Assembly: GCA_030141605.1 (NCBI GenBank)
Contig: JAQGDQ010000073.1
Coordinates: 558,001-622,000, forward strand
DNA length: 64,000 nucleotides
Source of the DNA: Tubiluchus corallicola
Lineage: Eukaryota; Animalia; Priapulida
Reading direction: 5' to 3'
A model generated the notes under the pieces. That model did no database searches and was not told the DNA's origin. It was given only the letters and a program-made list of their open reading frames with translations. The translations under genes and the position numbers were made by a program. This document shows positions 39,045 to 54,100 of the stretch, piece after piece (the stretch's first letter is position 1; each line of letters starts with the position of its first letter).

Positions 39045-42036
39045 ATTAATGTTGCTTTATATATATATAATAAATAATAATATATATTATTACTTATTAC
39101 ATATTGACGAGCACCGAGTCGTGAACATATTTGTTAAAACGTGCAAATCGTTTATCCTATTTTTATTAGGCTTTACCAAAGCTTATGATATTTAGTGACA
39201 GACCTCAGTTAATTGTGGTTTCCATCATTTATTATTGAACAAAAAAGCTGCTCACTAGACTTCATTATACCATGTTCTTCTTTGTCTTCTCTTAAGTTCA
39301 CGCGTGAAACAGGAAAAAGATGTTCAATAATTCAAGAAGATTGTCGGGGACACTTTTCATCATACGCGAAACTAAAACTGCAATGAAGACGGAAGAATGT
39401 TCTGTAGTACCTTCCATCATCTATATTCCATCATAATCTTTACGACATAGTCGTAATGATTCTCCATTTGTCGAGCATCATTTTGCCACGAAACATGATG
39501 TGCAGCGAAAGTGGAAGTTTGTTCTGTAATGGTTAAGATTCCCACCCTAGTAGAATTTTAATAGCTATATCAAGAGAATTTTTGCAGTTACTTTACGATA
39601 ATGGCGCTCCGACGGGGATTATCTCGCAATGTTAACAAAAGATCAGGTAGTTTTTGCCAAATTTCTAGACGCCGTGGTGAATAGATCACTCATTGTGTAA
39701 CCCAGTGTTTTTCTAATGCCCCAGTTATTCTGTAGACTATAAATGCAATAATGAAAGTATTTATCTTCAAAATATCGGACAAGAGCTGCGGAGGCGGGTG
39801 ATAAACTGTATCATAGGTTAATAAATTTATTTGTGTCTAAGAATTTTAAGCCTGTATTTGTCAATTTCAAGAAATCTAAGATGCACCTGTAAATACATTT
39901 TCATTAAGAAACAGAAAGCCAGTGAAAGAAAATGGAAAATTGAAGATTTCTGACTGTTATCTAAATCAACATCAAACAAAGAATCACAAATAATGGAATT
40001 CAAAACCTGTAATCTACGGGAAACTACAATTGAAATAGATTATAACTTAATATAAAAATATTTTGTAAACTAATCATGGTACAGAAATTTTAAAATGACA
40101 ATAAGCTCTTTCGATGTTTTAATTCCCGCATTTAATGCCAGGTTAATGCTTTTGATAGGCAAACATATCATTTCTACACGGCATCTAAAACTTTTGGATG
40201 GTAGACATTTTTGTCACTTTTGTTTATTTTTAATTGCATAATCAGTTCATCACAAAACTTTCACAGTGTATTTTTTCGCCTAAAGCGTGCTCTGCTGCGA
40301 ATTCATCATGGGTGTGCAAAAGAAACTCTCCATAGCTTTTTCTTTGCACAATTAACGTCAAACGTATTGGCTTATTGCTCCGCCCCCGCTGCAACGTAAG
40401 CACGCTCAGCAGAATTCGGGACAACAGCTCACGCAGGACAACTGTCTAGGCTATACTAAACTAAACTAAACTAAACATCATGACAGTCACAACTAATGTC
40501 TAATCAGCAGATAAACTGATTGCCCTTTTTCATAAACACAAATTTGCAGAGCAGCAGCTATTTTTACACGAAATTAACACTTCAAGTAGCCAAAAAATGA
40601 CTTTTCAATTTAAACAGAATGTAGAGACGAAGTTTCAAAGCACTACAAAATACAGAGACGTAAGTATAATAAAGAAACTAGGCCAGTTAGCCTTGCTTTA
40701 CAATAAATGAGCAACAACAATATTAAGTCTCTCTTCCTTTTAAACACACGAACATCATGCCTCTGATGTATTTTTCTATATTAACTGATCATCAGCTCGT
40801 CTACAAGATTTATTTAGTTTTTCTATTTTTCCGTTTGTCAGGCTACGGAAATGGAATAAATTTGACTGTTCCATTCCACAGACGACCATTACATTGAATG
40901 CCCGATAACATCAGTCCAAATGGCGTCTTTTAGCCATGATTATTTACGCCAGAAAAATAGCGTAAAATTAACTAATATTACATTGATGTATAATATAAGT
41001 TTTGACCACATTTGAATTAATTTTGACTGTCTCATTAAGGTTTATAAAAACTGGCCAGAAAAGAAAACATTTTGTTTTGTCCGTATTTAAAGTTAATCAA
41101 ATAGTTGTTTTTGTCTATCTTGCAAAGCCATAAACTAAGCTAAACTGCGTATTTTTTTGATTTTCTAGACGTACATGTCTAGGCTTATGCTCATGTATTA
41201 TATTCATATTCATCCATTCACTACATTCATACTTTATTAACAAAATATAACACAGATCCTTCTTATTTTGAAATTTTGTTAGTTTTGACAATAGGCATTA
41301 TGCAAAAAAAGTTAGTTATTTTGATTTTATGGTACGTAAGAAATGATTTTTTCACGAGCTTGTTATTGTGTGCTATCGCTCTTTCGAACAGAGTTGTTGT
41401 AGTGCTATTTATTTCCATTTTGTGATGTTCATATTATACAACAGTGACTACGAATAAAGTGTAATTTGGCCCACACATTACCATTTATTAAATAAATAAA
41501 AAAGAACACACCACCTACATGTTAGCTTGTGAGATATCCAGTTAGGCTTAATATAAATGTTTGTAATGACAACAAGCGGTAATTACACAAATGTGCAGTG
41601 AATGGATGACATGACAGTAACATAAAAACTTGTGTGTACGTAATATTAAACTAAGAATTGTTCTTATCCTAAGCATCTTGAAACAAAAGATCAGGAAATT
41701 ATTATGAAGAGCAAAAAATTTTAGAGTTTAAAGCACAGATTTAGATTTAGAATTAAAACTGTAGTGTCGGATTGTTCCGAGTTTTAATCATTACAAAAAA
41801 CGTGTAGTAGCTTTTCATCGCTTGTACAAACAAAGGCTTTGCTTTAGAAAGACTAACGATCCTGTTCTTAAGCTTGTCTTAAATAAAAAAATGTCCTCGT
41901 TTAAATGAATGGTGGTGTGAAAACAGTTTTAAGATCCACCTTCTTAGTGCCTATTATAGTCCCGCAGTATGTCTGAATTTCTGACAGCTTTTATTATAAT
42001 ATATCTTATTATGGCAATAACGATACAATGCCGAAA

Positions 42037-42130
42037 TTATGACGACGACGGTGATGATGATAATGATTGTGACGACGACGGCGATGATGATAGTGATGAT
42101 GTTGATGATGAGAATGGTAGTGATGATGTA
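42037..42130. repeat. (GAT/GAC)n degenerate microsatellite
   Basis: Seen directly. Confidence 0.9.
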
Positions 42131-43473
42131 AATAGCAATAATTCAATATTGACATTGAAAAAGATAATAACACAGGTGACAATAGGAACAACAATGACTG
42201 GGGCTTACACGGGAGCAGCAAATGAAAAAGTGATAACGATGATGGTGGTTATGACGACGACGACGAGAACAACTACTTAACAGAAGTACATGGTGTAGCA
42301 ACTAACCTAGCTTTGATATTTACATTAAAATTTGTGGTTAATGCAAGAGCCCTGTAGCAGCGCCACCTCTGGTTTGAAAACTAAAAACTAAATAGTTCTT
42401 CCGTGGTTATGATTGTTCGTGTACCCGAGTTATTTTTTTGTTTTCCTTCCCACTTTGTTTTTACATGCAACATAATTATTTTAGCATATAGTCACTGTTG
42501 CTGCTTCGTGCTGTCCCCCCAATTTTGCTGGTGGTCACTAACCCCTTCGAAAAATAGCACGCTTCTATCCAACGTGTCCAATTTGCCTCTCTCTTTTCTC
42601 TTTGGGCAAACTTTGCTGTTATTTTTTGCTTTTGTGGTTATTTTCTGGCTTGCATTGCAGTTAGTTTTGCAATAGAACAAGCGGTGTGTCTATATTTTTC
42701 TGGCTGCAATCTAAATAACTTATTACGTATTGATGAAAGCGAGAAGTCATGTTGTCTTTTTTCGGCTATTAGTATTACCTGTAAAATAAGCATTTTCTTC
42801 ATAAAAACAAAGTATTTTTTCTAGGAAAGTCTGCGCACGCTATATAAGCTATATATTTGACATATTTTACGTCTTACAATGTGTGTCAAAGTTGAGTTTA
42901 TTTGTATGTCTCGCAGTTTTTTGGTATAGAGCCTGCATTTTTCTCGGTAAAATCATTAACTTTTGGCTCCAAAAATTTAGAGGTCTGTTGTGTCAAGAGA
43001 ATCTAAAGGACTTAAAGAGGATTCATTTTTTTAGAAATTGAATTGTGAAAGTCAGATTATAATACGAAGTTACTGGCTGATCACAGTTCAGTAAATGTAT
43101 CTAAAAGACATTTAATTGGCTTCGCTAGAAACTATAATTAAAATGATCTTACTAAACCCATTTTTTTCAGGCGTAAGCTGAAAGTCTCACAGATCCATCA
43201 TCTACTCCAAGTTCTCTTTGCCTGAGAAAATTAAAATACGAGTGGCAAGTTTTCTTACAGAAAAGTCAAACACACCAGCGAAAGTTTCAAGTTAATTTTA
43301 GCAAACTTTCGAGTTTGATTTTGCAGAAGAGGTCAAGAACCGCTTGCATCCTATTCACCCTTTCTGCCTCAGAGACGTCCTGCATTCCTCACATCTCGGT
43401 TGTGTATACATTGGACAGACTGCTGGACCCCTTAAGAACTGCTCTTCAGGAGGAGAAAAAACATTGATCCAAA

Positions 43474-43552
43474 ATGAATGGTAAACAGCACAAGGAACCT
43501 CAAATAGGGACTGCTGCAATTTATTTGACAAAGTTTCAAGTGTGTACTTATG
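43474..43552 (+). CDS. Candidate alternative first coding exon of LRRC20 (MNGKQHKEPQIGTAAIYLTKFQVCTY); the exon probably starts at 43171
   Basis: aaaATG start, 79 nt to the perfect donor G|gtaagt (phase 1), in frame with the acceptor at 59074. There is a strong upstream acceptor tactaaacccatttttttcag|43171. Confidence 0.5.
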
Positions 43553-43789
43553 GTAAGTAGTGAGCTACTGTACGTGACCTCTATCTTGACATGAGTAACA
43601 GCGAATTTTGATTTAAGAGAAAAAAATGAATTTACCGAATATATAAATTTATGAGCTAATGTAAAATAACGTTATGCTGAGTCTATATTTATGGCTAGAT
43701 GATAGCTGATTGGTCACAGTGTCCATTAATCATTGAACATAAGCAAGTAAAACAAACTGTAAACGAATTTTTATACACCTTGAAACCGC

Positions 43790-43985
43790 CTTTGAGAGAT
43801 TTATTTCGCTCAGACCTTTGACTATTTCCCTCTGCGAAGGAGGGCGAATATTATGCTGACGTGGCTCTGCCAGCTTAGCATCTCACCTCAGAGGTTGTCC
43901 TTAATAATGAGCTAGGTTCTTGTCTGGCCACAGTCTATGAGTAGTGGATCGCATTTTGTTAGAGTGCTGAACTGCTTAAAAAATT
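43790..43985 (+). mobile_element. 5'-truncated SINE-like copy related to 54790-54925
   Basis: ctcacctcagaggttgtccttaataatgagctagg...gccac aligns with ctcatcttagagggatgctcttgataatgagtcagg...gccat. It ends in an A run. Confidence 0.5.
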
Positions 43986-44056
43986 TCATTTTTCTGAATA
44001 ATTCAACTATAATTATTCATCGTCTCATTAGGTTATGGCTTCAATCTGGAAAAACA

Positions 44057-44300
44057 GGTGGGGTGATATGCTAAACGGCAGCGTACTCGCTTCCTAGCAG
44101 GGAGGTCGCTGGTTCAACTCTCGACCGAGTCATACCAAAGACTTAAAAATGGTACCGCTGTTTCTTCGACCGAGCACGTGCGTTCATCCAAGAAACATGT
44201 GGGTTATAATAATCCGGACCACCTTGGAAATAAGTATTGAGTTACCTAAGGTGTTATCTCTGGATTATGTCCTAAGCGAAATTATTATTATTATTAATTA
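44057..44300 (+). mobile_element. tRNA-derived SINE with a Meta-domain-like core (MetaSINE-like)
   Basis: tRNA-like head with B box ggttcaactc (44111-44120), then gagtcataccaaagacttaaaaatggtacc, recalled as the MetaSINE central domain, and an (ATT)n tail. Confidence 0.65.
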
Positions 44301-46538
44301 ATTAATTCTTTATATTGGATTTTAAAATGACCTAAGTGCACATGGAACTTTATTATTTTTTTAAAGACAGATAATAGTAAAATTGATAAACTGCTTCAAA
44401 ATGATGTTGGATTTTCTGCATTTTTTTGCATGTTGGTTTTTTGCATTTACATTGTATTTTAGTGTGAAAAAATACAAGTTATGATTTTATTCATTACCCG
44501 TTTTCTTGCAATTTATAGTACAGTATGCCATTCGAAAACCGATTTTCACATCCAATACTACAATTCACATGAAAAGAGCTATCTCTTAATTTTGGTAACT
44601 CTTACGCCATCCAAGTGTAATGATGTTTTTGTAACAACCAACTTTTCAATTACCAGTAATACCCGTTTTGAATGTTCACGAGCTATTGCATTTTTTAAAA
44701 GAAGTTTCTTTAAAACATCTCACGCGCTTTAGTTTATAAGTTAAACACTCTTCGTCTCTTAGTGTAAGAATAACAATTACCTGCTAGGAGTTTTCGTTAA
44801 AACACTGTTTAGATTTAAAATGCTCTCTGACTTTATTGTTTAAGTTTTAATTAAAACGAATGTCCTTTTAAACTTTGTCGAGTTTTGCAGAAGGTACCAT
44901 TAGGTACTGTCTCTGGCTGTTTTTATTCGAAGAGTAGATTTGATAGTAGGAAATTGTGAGCGCTGACATCAAAGCTCATTCTGAGGAACCTTTGTTATTA
45001 CGATTTTCACACTACATTTTCTACTCTTGATGAGAAATTAGTATTACATAATACATTTGTCTACAGATTTTCAAAATAATTTTAATGACATGGTCACTTA
45101 GCCTGTTGGGTTTAGTTTATTGTGGGTTTTATTTTATAAACCACCACTGAGGGAAATATAGCAAAGAAGTTCGCAAAAAACTCTCTATGAAGCATAAATT
45201 TAATTAAAAATACCCGCTGTATAGAAATTCAGTCACCGTGGTAGCCGCCATTCACGGTAGCGGTAATTGGCGTACTTCGTGACTTTGCGTAAACGCGCGC
45301 TACTTAAACTAATTCAGACTTCTGCAGCTTACCTAATGTTCATGCAAAAATATGGCAATATTAGCTGTCTGATTTTTTACAAAAACTTATACTTTTGACG
45401 GAAATTGACATTTTTTCAGGTAATGAACGGCGGCATTGATAGAAGAATGCAAGTTCAAAACGGGAACACTCAAGCGTGAAATGATCACAATTTTAAAGCG
45501 AATTTATGTAATTACGCCAGGCGCTTATCACACTTTTCTTACTAAATTCTTTTAACATTTTTCAAGAACAGTGAAATTAGCCTAATTTCCCAGAAGGGTT
45601 GACCTTTCATTTAAAATGTTAGGTTTGAGCATCCTAACTAACTAAATTTGTCAACTTCTTTGCCAAAATCAAGTGACTTAGTTAATCTGTACACACATTT
45701 TAGTTTAATTACATAGTGTTAACTATACAATTGTTTTCATTTATAGCAGAGCTATATTTACAATAGCGAGTCATTTTGAGTAAATTTTGTACAACCACTT
45801 GTCTGTGCAAGATTCAAAACTAACAGATTTCTAGTACTTACGTTTATGGTAGTATTTCAGTGCTAGCAATTATTAGCACACCGCACGGAATAAAATATTA
45901 CTATTACCAAGTCAGGCCATTACTATAATTATGAACACAAATTGAAAAATTAGTTTATCTTATTAATGTAGTAAAAGAGAAGAATTAAGACGGAGCAACT
46001 ACAACAAAGGTGGCTAGCGGCACGGATACAAAGAAATTCAATTTGGTGCAAAAATGCCAACGTCAACATTTCAGTATTGTGTGATTTTCGCTTCCTCGTC
46101 GTTAAGTGTTCACATTACGACAATGTGAATAGAGCTTATTAGCGCAATATCTTGCTCCAGTCCACTCCTTTCACATTTTTGTGTTGAGATGAGAAAAACA
46201 TTTTAAACGGAGGCTAGCTCATTTATGGATTGTATTTTTAAGTCATTAATTGGGCAAAAGCTAGGTTGCGTTCAAGCAACTGCATCAGGTTGTGCATACA
46301 ATCTGAAGTACGATTTTTACAGTATGTAACAGCATGTTATTAATGTTTCTGATTACAACTTTTCATTATTTGTATAGAATATACCGTGTTGATAAAGAAC
46401 ATTCAATGTTTAATGTTTAAGTTTATTAATTTTATCTATATTTAAATATTTTACTGGGCTGCACAACAAATCTGTAAAAATTCGCCCAATACTAAAAACC
46501 GACAAACAGCTACAACACTTTAGACTGAAAGCCTTAAA

Positions 46539-46677
<139 letters not shown>

Positions 46678-48051
46678 TATATTATTTTTATTCGCACTCG
46701 TGGTACAATCACATCAAATAAACAAGCAATCAACAAGCAAAATAACATTAATTAACAAGATTAGTAAGCAATGTGAATACATACAATTAAGTGAGAGTAA
46801 GATATCTTAGTCTGGCGTGTAACTCATTCCTGAAAAAAATCAAAACAATTGCGTTCTAGAGCCCATATAACTTCATTAATGAAATTTACAGTTCGTATTT
46901 GTTTTTTGCTAGCAGTTTACTTCTTACATCTAATGTACAGGAAAAAACTTTTTTTAGAAGGAAAATTTTCATTTGTGTAAAAAGTTTTGTACTCGTTACA
47001 AATAGATAACAAATTATAACGCATTATAGAAGATGCATGAAACCGAGAATTATGTGCAAAGAATGTGATTTTCACTATATAAGCAACTATGGTAAAATTT
47101 AACAAATCGTTTCTGTAACTGTTTAAGGCTATCTATATACAAGTTTTTTTGTAAATATGGTTTTTGATAGTACATTAATCATTATAAATAAAAAAGAAAA
47201 GTTACATAGCTTATTCAAATGCTTCACGCAAACGTCGGAAGCTGAATGTTTTTTTAGTTTTGTGAGACAGTATAGTTCATAAACTTTACATTAAGACTGT
47301 GATGCCCGGAAAAACTTACGTTATTAACGGAGACTGAATCATGCCTAAAAAGCCCAATATTTTTAAAGAATATTGCTTTTTCGGCGAAATATTTCTTCAA
47401 AAATAGAATATGTTTGGGCAAACGGTCTTGCCAAAAATCAGGTCAAGACTTGAGATTCTAAAACATTCAGACTAAGGCGTGGAAAAACTCAATAATACAG
47501 GATGTCATTTTTCAGATTTTTAAGTTGTTGTGACTGAAGTAAAAGTTCCGAGTCCGACGTTTCACCAAATATTTGCTAAATAGAAAAATCTTACAAGGAA
47601 GACGCCATGTTGCTACGAATGGCTCTAAACAAATAAGTGTGATTTGCAGACGCTGAAGTGGAAATTATAAGTGGTAATTTTACAAACTTTCAAAACACAA
47701 TATGAATTTACTCGACTTCACTGCTTTTAGTTAGTATTTAAAAGCCAACAGAATTAAAAAAACAACACTTTAGTGGCGTAAGTCAGCATTTCTCCTTTTT
47801 GTGATTTCTAAAACATTATTTGTTCATATGCAATATAGGCCTCTATGCCTCTATGTTGTAAGCCCTCAGAAGACCGTCTAAGTTACATTTATTATTAGTT
47901 TCCCTTTATTATTTTTGTAGTTTAGGAGTGGCTACGTTCTTTGTCACAATCAGTTTGTTACAGTTATACATCTCATTACTAAGTTAATGAACTTTAAGTT
48001 GAGCATCATAATTTGTCTGTTAGAACATAATCACACATGTAATTAAGAAGT

Positions 48052-48187
48052 ATGCTGCACATGTATTATCGCTTGATGCACCAAAGAGTCTCAGTATTGA
48101 CAACGGTAACGTCGGTAACGGCAAACACCTTGCTGGGTGCTGGGCAAAGAGATGGTCAACTCACTTTGAGAACGACCTTTCATTTGG
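48052..48187 (+). CDS. Candidate alternative first coding exon of LRRC20 (MLHMYYRLMHQRVSVLTTVTSVTANTLLGAGQRDGQLTLRTTFHL); the exon probably starts at 48024
   Basis: 136-nt open frame ending at G|gtaagt (phase 1), in frame with 59074. It is preceded by acceptor atttgtctgttag|48024 and an upstream donor c|gtaagt at 47778. Confidence 0.5.
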
Positions 48188-51100
48188 GTAAGTACGCAGT
48201 TTCCTTTGCTAGATGGATGTGAACGCAGCCGTACCCATGAGTAGACTTATGTTTAATCAGTTACATGCAGACTAATGTGAAAAACTAGTAATTTTCTAGT
48301 GCCTAAGACCTGACAGTGGTTAGCCTGAATAACGTATGGCCGCCATAAAACAGGCCATGCAAAACTTTTTCTCACAAATCACAAATTAATGGCTAAAACA
48401 TGAATAAGGACGGGAAAGGTGTCTTTTGTATCAATATCATCTCTTAACATTCTGCCGCGTTCAAACTCGTGTGGTCGTATGGTGTTTACACTTTATTCAC
48501 CTTGTATACACAAGATCATCTTCGTGTGGTTTTTAATAAAATTTGAGGTCACACTTCGCGCTCATTTGTTCGTCTCAAATATCAGCTCCTATTTGCATTC
48601 TAATTTTGTTTTTAAAGTATTGTAATTTTAGTTTGTGAGATCTTTTAATTTCAAAATTTGTTTTCGTTATTGTAAGCAATCCAAATTTGCACTTAGTACG
48701 TTTTTTTATTTTTCGAATGTCTAAATTACAAAGCTGCAGAAAAAGCTAAAATACGGAATGCAATTTTTCCAAGCTGTAGAACTTTGATTTGAAAATTTTG
48801 CAATACTTTTTTTGAGGTCTCGTTAATAAAATTGTAATGGCTCAGCTGAATGCGAACCACCAAGTGTGTCTTGATCAATAGGTGTCTGCACAATAGGGCT
48901 GATTATTTTTAGTTGAGATAGCAATTTTTTTCAAATTTCACAATGGATAGTTTGCCCAAACTCTAAAGCCCTGAAATTTAATAAAGGCCAACATAATTTA
49001 TAAAAATTCAATGGAAATCCTATTAATTTAGTGGATGAGCGCCTACTTTCAGAGTTTGATAAGAAAGCCATATAAATAGCTTAGAGCTGGTCTGGAGTTC
49101 TTCAAAATGGGCTATTACAACATATCTTTAGGTTATGCTAGGAACACCACAATAGATTTATAGTTGAGCTAATACATTCAACGCCTACATTGGGCCCCTA
49201 GGAAGCATTGCGAGGTGTCATTACAAAAAAATTACAGCTAAAATATATATTTGATTATAGCTGCACCATATTTCTAAAGAAATTGACGTGATAGTGACGT
49301 GAAATAGCTGTTGAAAACCTGGAGAATGCCTTTCAAAAGTCTCACTCTCTGTGAACGCACCTTAACACTGTCCAACGTTAATTCTGGCCGATAAGAGGTA
49401 TCCACCTTCTTATACGAAAGACAATTGATCATTGATTCAGAATTTGTAGAATTTGAAGATAAGATTACAAGTGATTAATGAGTACACAACTGAATACGAG
49501 CGCAAAATTGTTCTACTAGCGCTTCATTGTTTTTGTGAAGATTGAAAAACTGAAAAAAGACGAAACTTGGAGCGGCATAATGACGCTATAATGAAACCTT
49601 TCCATCGGAGCCAATAAAAAAGAATAAACTTGAGTTGTTTATTCTCTTTTTCACATGTAAACACGTGTAGTTCACCAGGTGCACGTACACACAAGTGTTC
49701 AGTTGCAAAACTGATCAACTGAAATTACCGATATTTTGATTAACAGTAATCGAAATCAGAGTTTGAGCCCCTGCCAGGTGTCACATTCTCTGCCGAAATG
49801 TAAAACCAATTACATCATTGTGAATCTCGGGTTGTCTGTTTGTTACCTTAAATAAATTATTGCATTTAGTTAAACTCCTCAGTTAACTTTTAGCATTTAT
49901 GCGTAAATTAAAGTATTGCATTAATAACAATGATAAAAACTCGGTGATTTTAAAGTGATACTTCCAAACCAAATATGCATGTTTAAATTCGAATAAGACA
50001 GTCTTGTTTATTTTTTTGCAAAGCAAATTCTTGCAGTGTGTACAATACCTCACCTCTCCCCCTACGTTCTCTGCTAAACTTATTACATTCAAATCATTCA
50101 AACAGTATAATCCTATAAAATCCTTATATGTTCTTCAATAATTCACTCTGTTTTAGTGCTCGCTGTCGTTGAGTAATGTCTCTTTCGATCGCCGAATTAT
50201 TTGATAACCCTTTGTAGTCACCTCTACTTTGCTGCCAGTGTCTCTGTACTGACGGCTGACCTCTCTAAAGTGTGCAGTGTAAACCCTCTTTGTGAAAACA
50301 TCTTTGTTAAAACAGACCCAGAATCTTGGAGAAATAATAAAAAAGCTAAAGTTGATAGCTCAGCTACCTGTTCTTATTTGCTCTCTTAACTTTGATGGAT
50401 TTCAATGTTTGGTGCTGTATGACAGTGAGGGAGTTTTATTTATGTTCCGGGCAGTAATGGCGGAGTGTTTGCGTAAGACAAAACGCACTTCGTAATGCGC
50501 TTAGGCAAATAGTCCCAACAACAGATTACTGAGATTTTTCTGGTAAAAATGGGAAAAATAATAATCAAGTTAAGTGTGCGGAATAACAGATTTTGTTTTG
50601 GTCTTCGCGAGATCAGTATTTTTAGGAAATTGCCCTGTTGTTTGAGCTAGTTCTTTTGAGAATAAATCACAGATTTGTACTTTTACGGTAAAATAGTAAA
50701 CAGCTGGATAGTGTTAGTACTGTAATAACTACAGGTTTTTATGCAATGTAGGTATGCGTTATAGTTTTATATGGAAAATATTTTATTTTTAGCACCACAG
50801 TGGATGTATAGGTTTTTTGTTACTGCGACTTTTTATTGCTTGTATAGCAATTTTTTCTGTGCTGAAATAAACTTTAAATAAATAGATAAAATATTTTAGC
50901 ATCATTTCTGAGCATCATTATACTGATTTATCAAATTAACAATTAAGAACTTTCATTGACTGAAATAAGTCTAATTGACTATTCCCGCGACTTTAATTTT
51001 TCTACTCGTATATTGTAGAAACCTCTATATCCAATTTGCACTTATACAGATCTTAACATAGCGAAACACTTTTGTGTAACGTTATGAATTTTTAGTTACG

Positions 51101-54100
51101 CTTACGACTTTTTTTCTGCTTTGATGCCTAGCCATACTATTGCTATTTATGCATTTGAAAGGAAGACGAATAAAAGGCGGGTGACACAAAAATTAGGAGA
51201 AAATGACTTTCAGAGTTTGAAACTTAGTCATGTCTAACAAGAAATCACAAAATTGATTTCATTCTTCAATTCAAAAATATTTTTTATAAGTAAGAATGAA
51301 CTATGAAGTCGCAGATCGTTTTTCTCATATAATTCATTATGTTTATTCACATTTCTTACAACAACATGAAACAATTTTGTCACACTATCGTTCAACGACC
51401 TGGCTTTCCAAACTTGCTGTACCTATGTGCCTGCGTATGCCAGAAACAACGCGGAATCTGCAAGTCATCAAATTGCTATGATAGGCCTATATATATGGCC
51501 AGGTAAACTGTGATCGGAAGAACCGAGCTATTAACTCTGTAAATTATAGAGTATATTTCCTCTGTTTTATATCCGTCTGTGTTGTATACATAGGCATAAT
51601 TACTGATTTCCATCTATATAAATTATATAATCAGCTCATGTTAAAATGATTATTTGTATATACGTATTGAGACAGAAGTGGGCTTATGGTACGAGCAGTT
51701 CGCGGGTGACGGCACAAAAGTTAATGAACCTTTGAGGAGGCAGGTGGCGGCGGCCTGTGTTTTGTCATTAACTTTAATTGACCTCAACATTTCTTTAGCA
51801 TAGATCGCAAGGTCATGGGAATGACATTTTTTCTGGCTGATTAATTAGTGAAAAATACTGTTATGTTTGGGTGTGAGAGCATTATCCCATCTTTGCGGTT
51901 AAGATATTGCTGTTAAACTTAAATAAACAACAATAATAAGGTGTTGATAAAAATAGAGTGTTCTGTTTTTCCTACGCAAGTCAGATGTCTGTATTGTTGA
52001 CTATATTCGCTAAATTTCTGAAAGAAACCTGTAAGTTTTTGACAAAAAGGGTTTGTAAAATACTAAGCATCTCCTGTTGTTTGTTAATACAACAAAAAAT
52101 AACCATTTTCGCCATTTAAGGATTAGCCATTTCTGTCGAGTGTTTGATAAAAATAAACTAAAAGACTGATAATTTTTTACAAAAACTCAATTTCGCAAAT
52201 GCAGTGTTAGAGTCTACGTTTACAGTTTATATTTTAAGAAATCTTCATAAACTGCAGCAACAGTAATATGGGAATGAAACATATAATTTTGGTACGTAAA
52301 AAAAACTTACCCGGGGTGGTAAAAAATGTGAAAAAGTCGGTACTGAGTCCAGGTTAGAACCAAGAACCTTTAATCCATTACTATTAAACTACACAGCTGC
52401 TTGTTATTGCAATTCAATGCAGGAAAGGGCTCGACGTTTCACATTTCTTCCTTTTGGTTAAAGCAGATTTTTAAAAAAGAATTAATTGTGGCTCATTCCA
52501 TCATTAATAAAAAATATTGAAATTAAGATGATAAATAATTAATGGAACTACTGCATCAGGCAAATTAAGTGCTTTATTTACTTGCGCAGTTGTTTTGCAA
52601 ATAAAATTCTTATCTGAGCATTTTGCAAAAATATTCCAAATCACTAAAACGACCTACGAAATGTGGAAAGTTGATGGAGTCATAATGCGAAGACTGAATA
52701 TCAAAATCAAAAACTGTATATGTTCGCAGCAGAAACAATAACTTTTAGATATATAGATAAACAGATTCTTTGTTGCCATTAAAACACAGACATAGAGTAA
52801 TTTAGGAACTAGTTCAGTTCTAAACGTCCCGCTTTTGCATACTTCCAGTTCAAATTCGATAAAAAAAATTAAGCAAAAACTTGGGATAATTTCAGATTTC
52901 CAACACCTTGGGTTTTGCACTAGTTCTGTTATTGCATTACTTACTACTGTTAGCAATATCTGCAACAATTAGTTATTTAAAACCGTCCATTCATTTGTTT
53001 CTTATTTTTTTAATGTCTAGAAAAACAATATCACCAACTCTTACTGGAATACAGTAACACCAAATAGGTGCCACAAGAAAATACAGCATAAAGTAGTTAC
53101 TTAGTTATACATGAAACAAAAAAAGAACGTGTTCTGCTATTAAGTTTTTTATGTACACCTAGCCGTGCACTGCATGAGTTTGACAAGTTACGATCATCAC
53201 ATTTGGCACATGAAAGAGTTAACAATGACGCGTCTAGCGAAGCTATTGATGTCCTAAAAAAATCCGTAACCTCAAATCAGGCGAGGAATCAAACGCTGGA
53301 TGTCTTGCTGGTGACTTTGCCACATTTGTCACAGTTGGAGTATTCTATAACTAAGATAAATCGAAAATCCTAAAACGTGTTGACTGATTTAGTTATGCCA
53401 ATTTCTGTATGTTTCATTCACAATTTCCTGCAGGTAAAACCTTTGTCGCCACAACTGATTAAACAACACTAATACGCTCAACGTGCACAGTACAACCCTA
53501 TAGTCGTTTATTATTCTTTCTTTTGTCCCAAAAGCTTGTGATTTGAATACAGAAAACATCCATCCAGACTAAGCAACGTCACAGCTGCTCTGAAGTACGT
53601 GATGCAATCTCGTCATATTCTAGATGTTTGCAAGGAGAGGAATTATTTTTCAAGCCACCACTGAAATCTCAAGTGGCTTTTCGCTACATTAACAGTGCAT
53701 AATGTGTTTACAATAGCCAAGTGCATGCATACATTATATCTATGTTTCTTACCTTTTTCAACGAGTTTCACTGCTTCAGAATGTCGCCCGCTTCAAACCG
53801 ATGCACAACGCTGACAGTGTGTGTCTTTTGGAGTGTCGGCCCAGGTGAAAAGGTGTATATGCTCTGACATAAGGGTAAAGTTACGTTTTGGTTTGCTAGC
53901 AGTGTGTATCGGCAACGTGCAATAAGGAAGCTGAATAAAGCAGTCATTGACATTATGTAGAACAGTTAAGAAGCTTTTTTTGCTTGCAGGTAAAAAGTTG
54001 TCATTAAATTCCTTAAATTGTGGTCTATACCGTTCGATAATTTCACTCTTTACACCTGTAAGATACAATGCAGAGTTGTCATGAGGATGGGAATCAGTTT

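Noticed and set aside
40550-40570. MEF2-like sites suggesting muscle regulation (also ~13157 and ~21282)
   Set aside because: AT-rich motifs expected often by chance at this base composition.
46750-47260. Further LINE-like fragments (also ~10690-10800, ~17300-17360, ~39320-39410, ~57820-57900)
   Set aside because: Only a few suggestive residues each; too degraded to call without a search.
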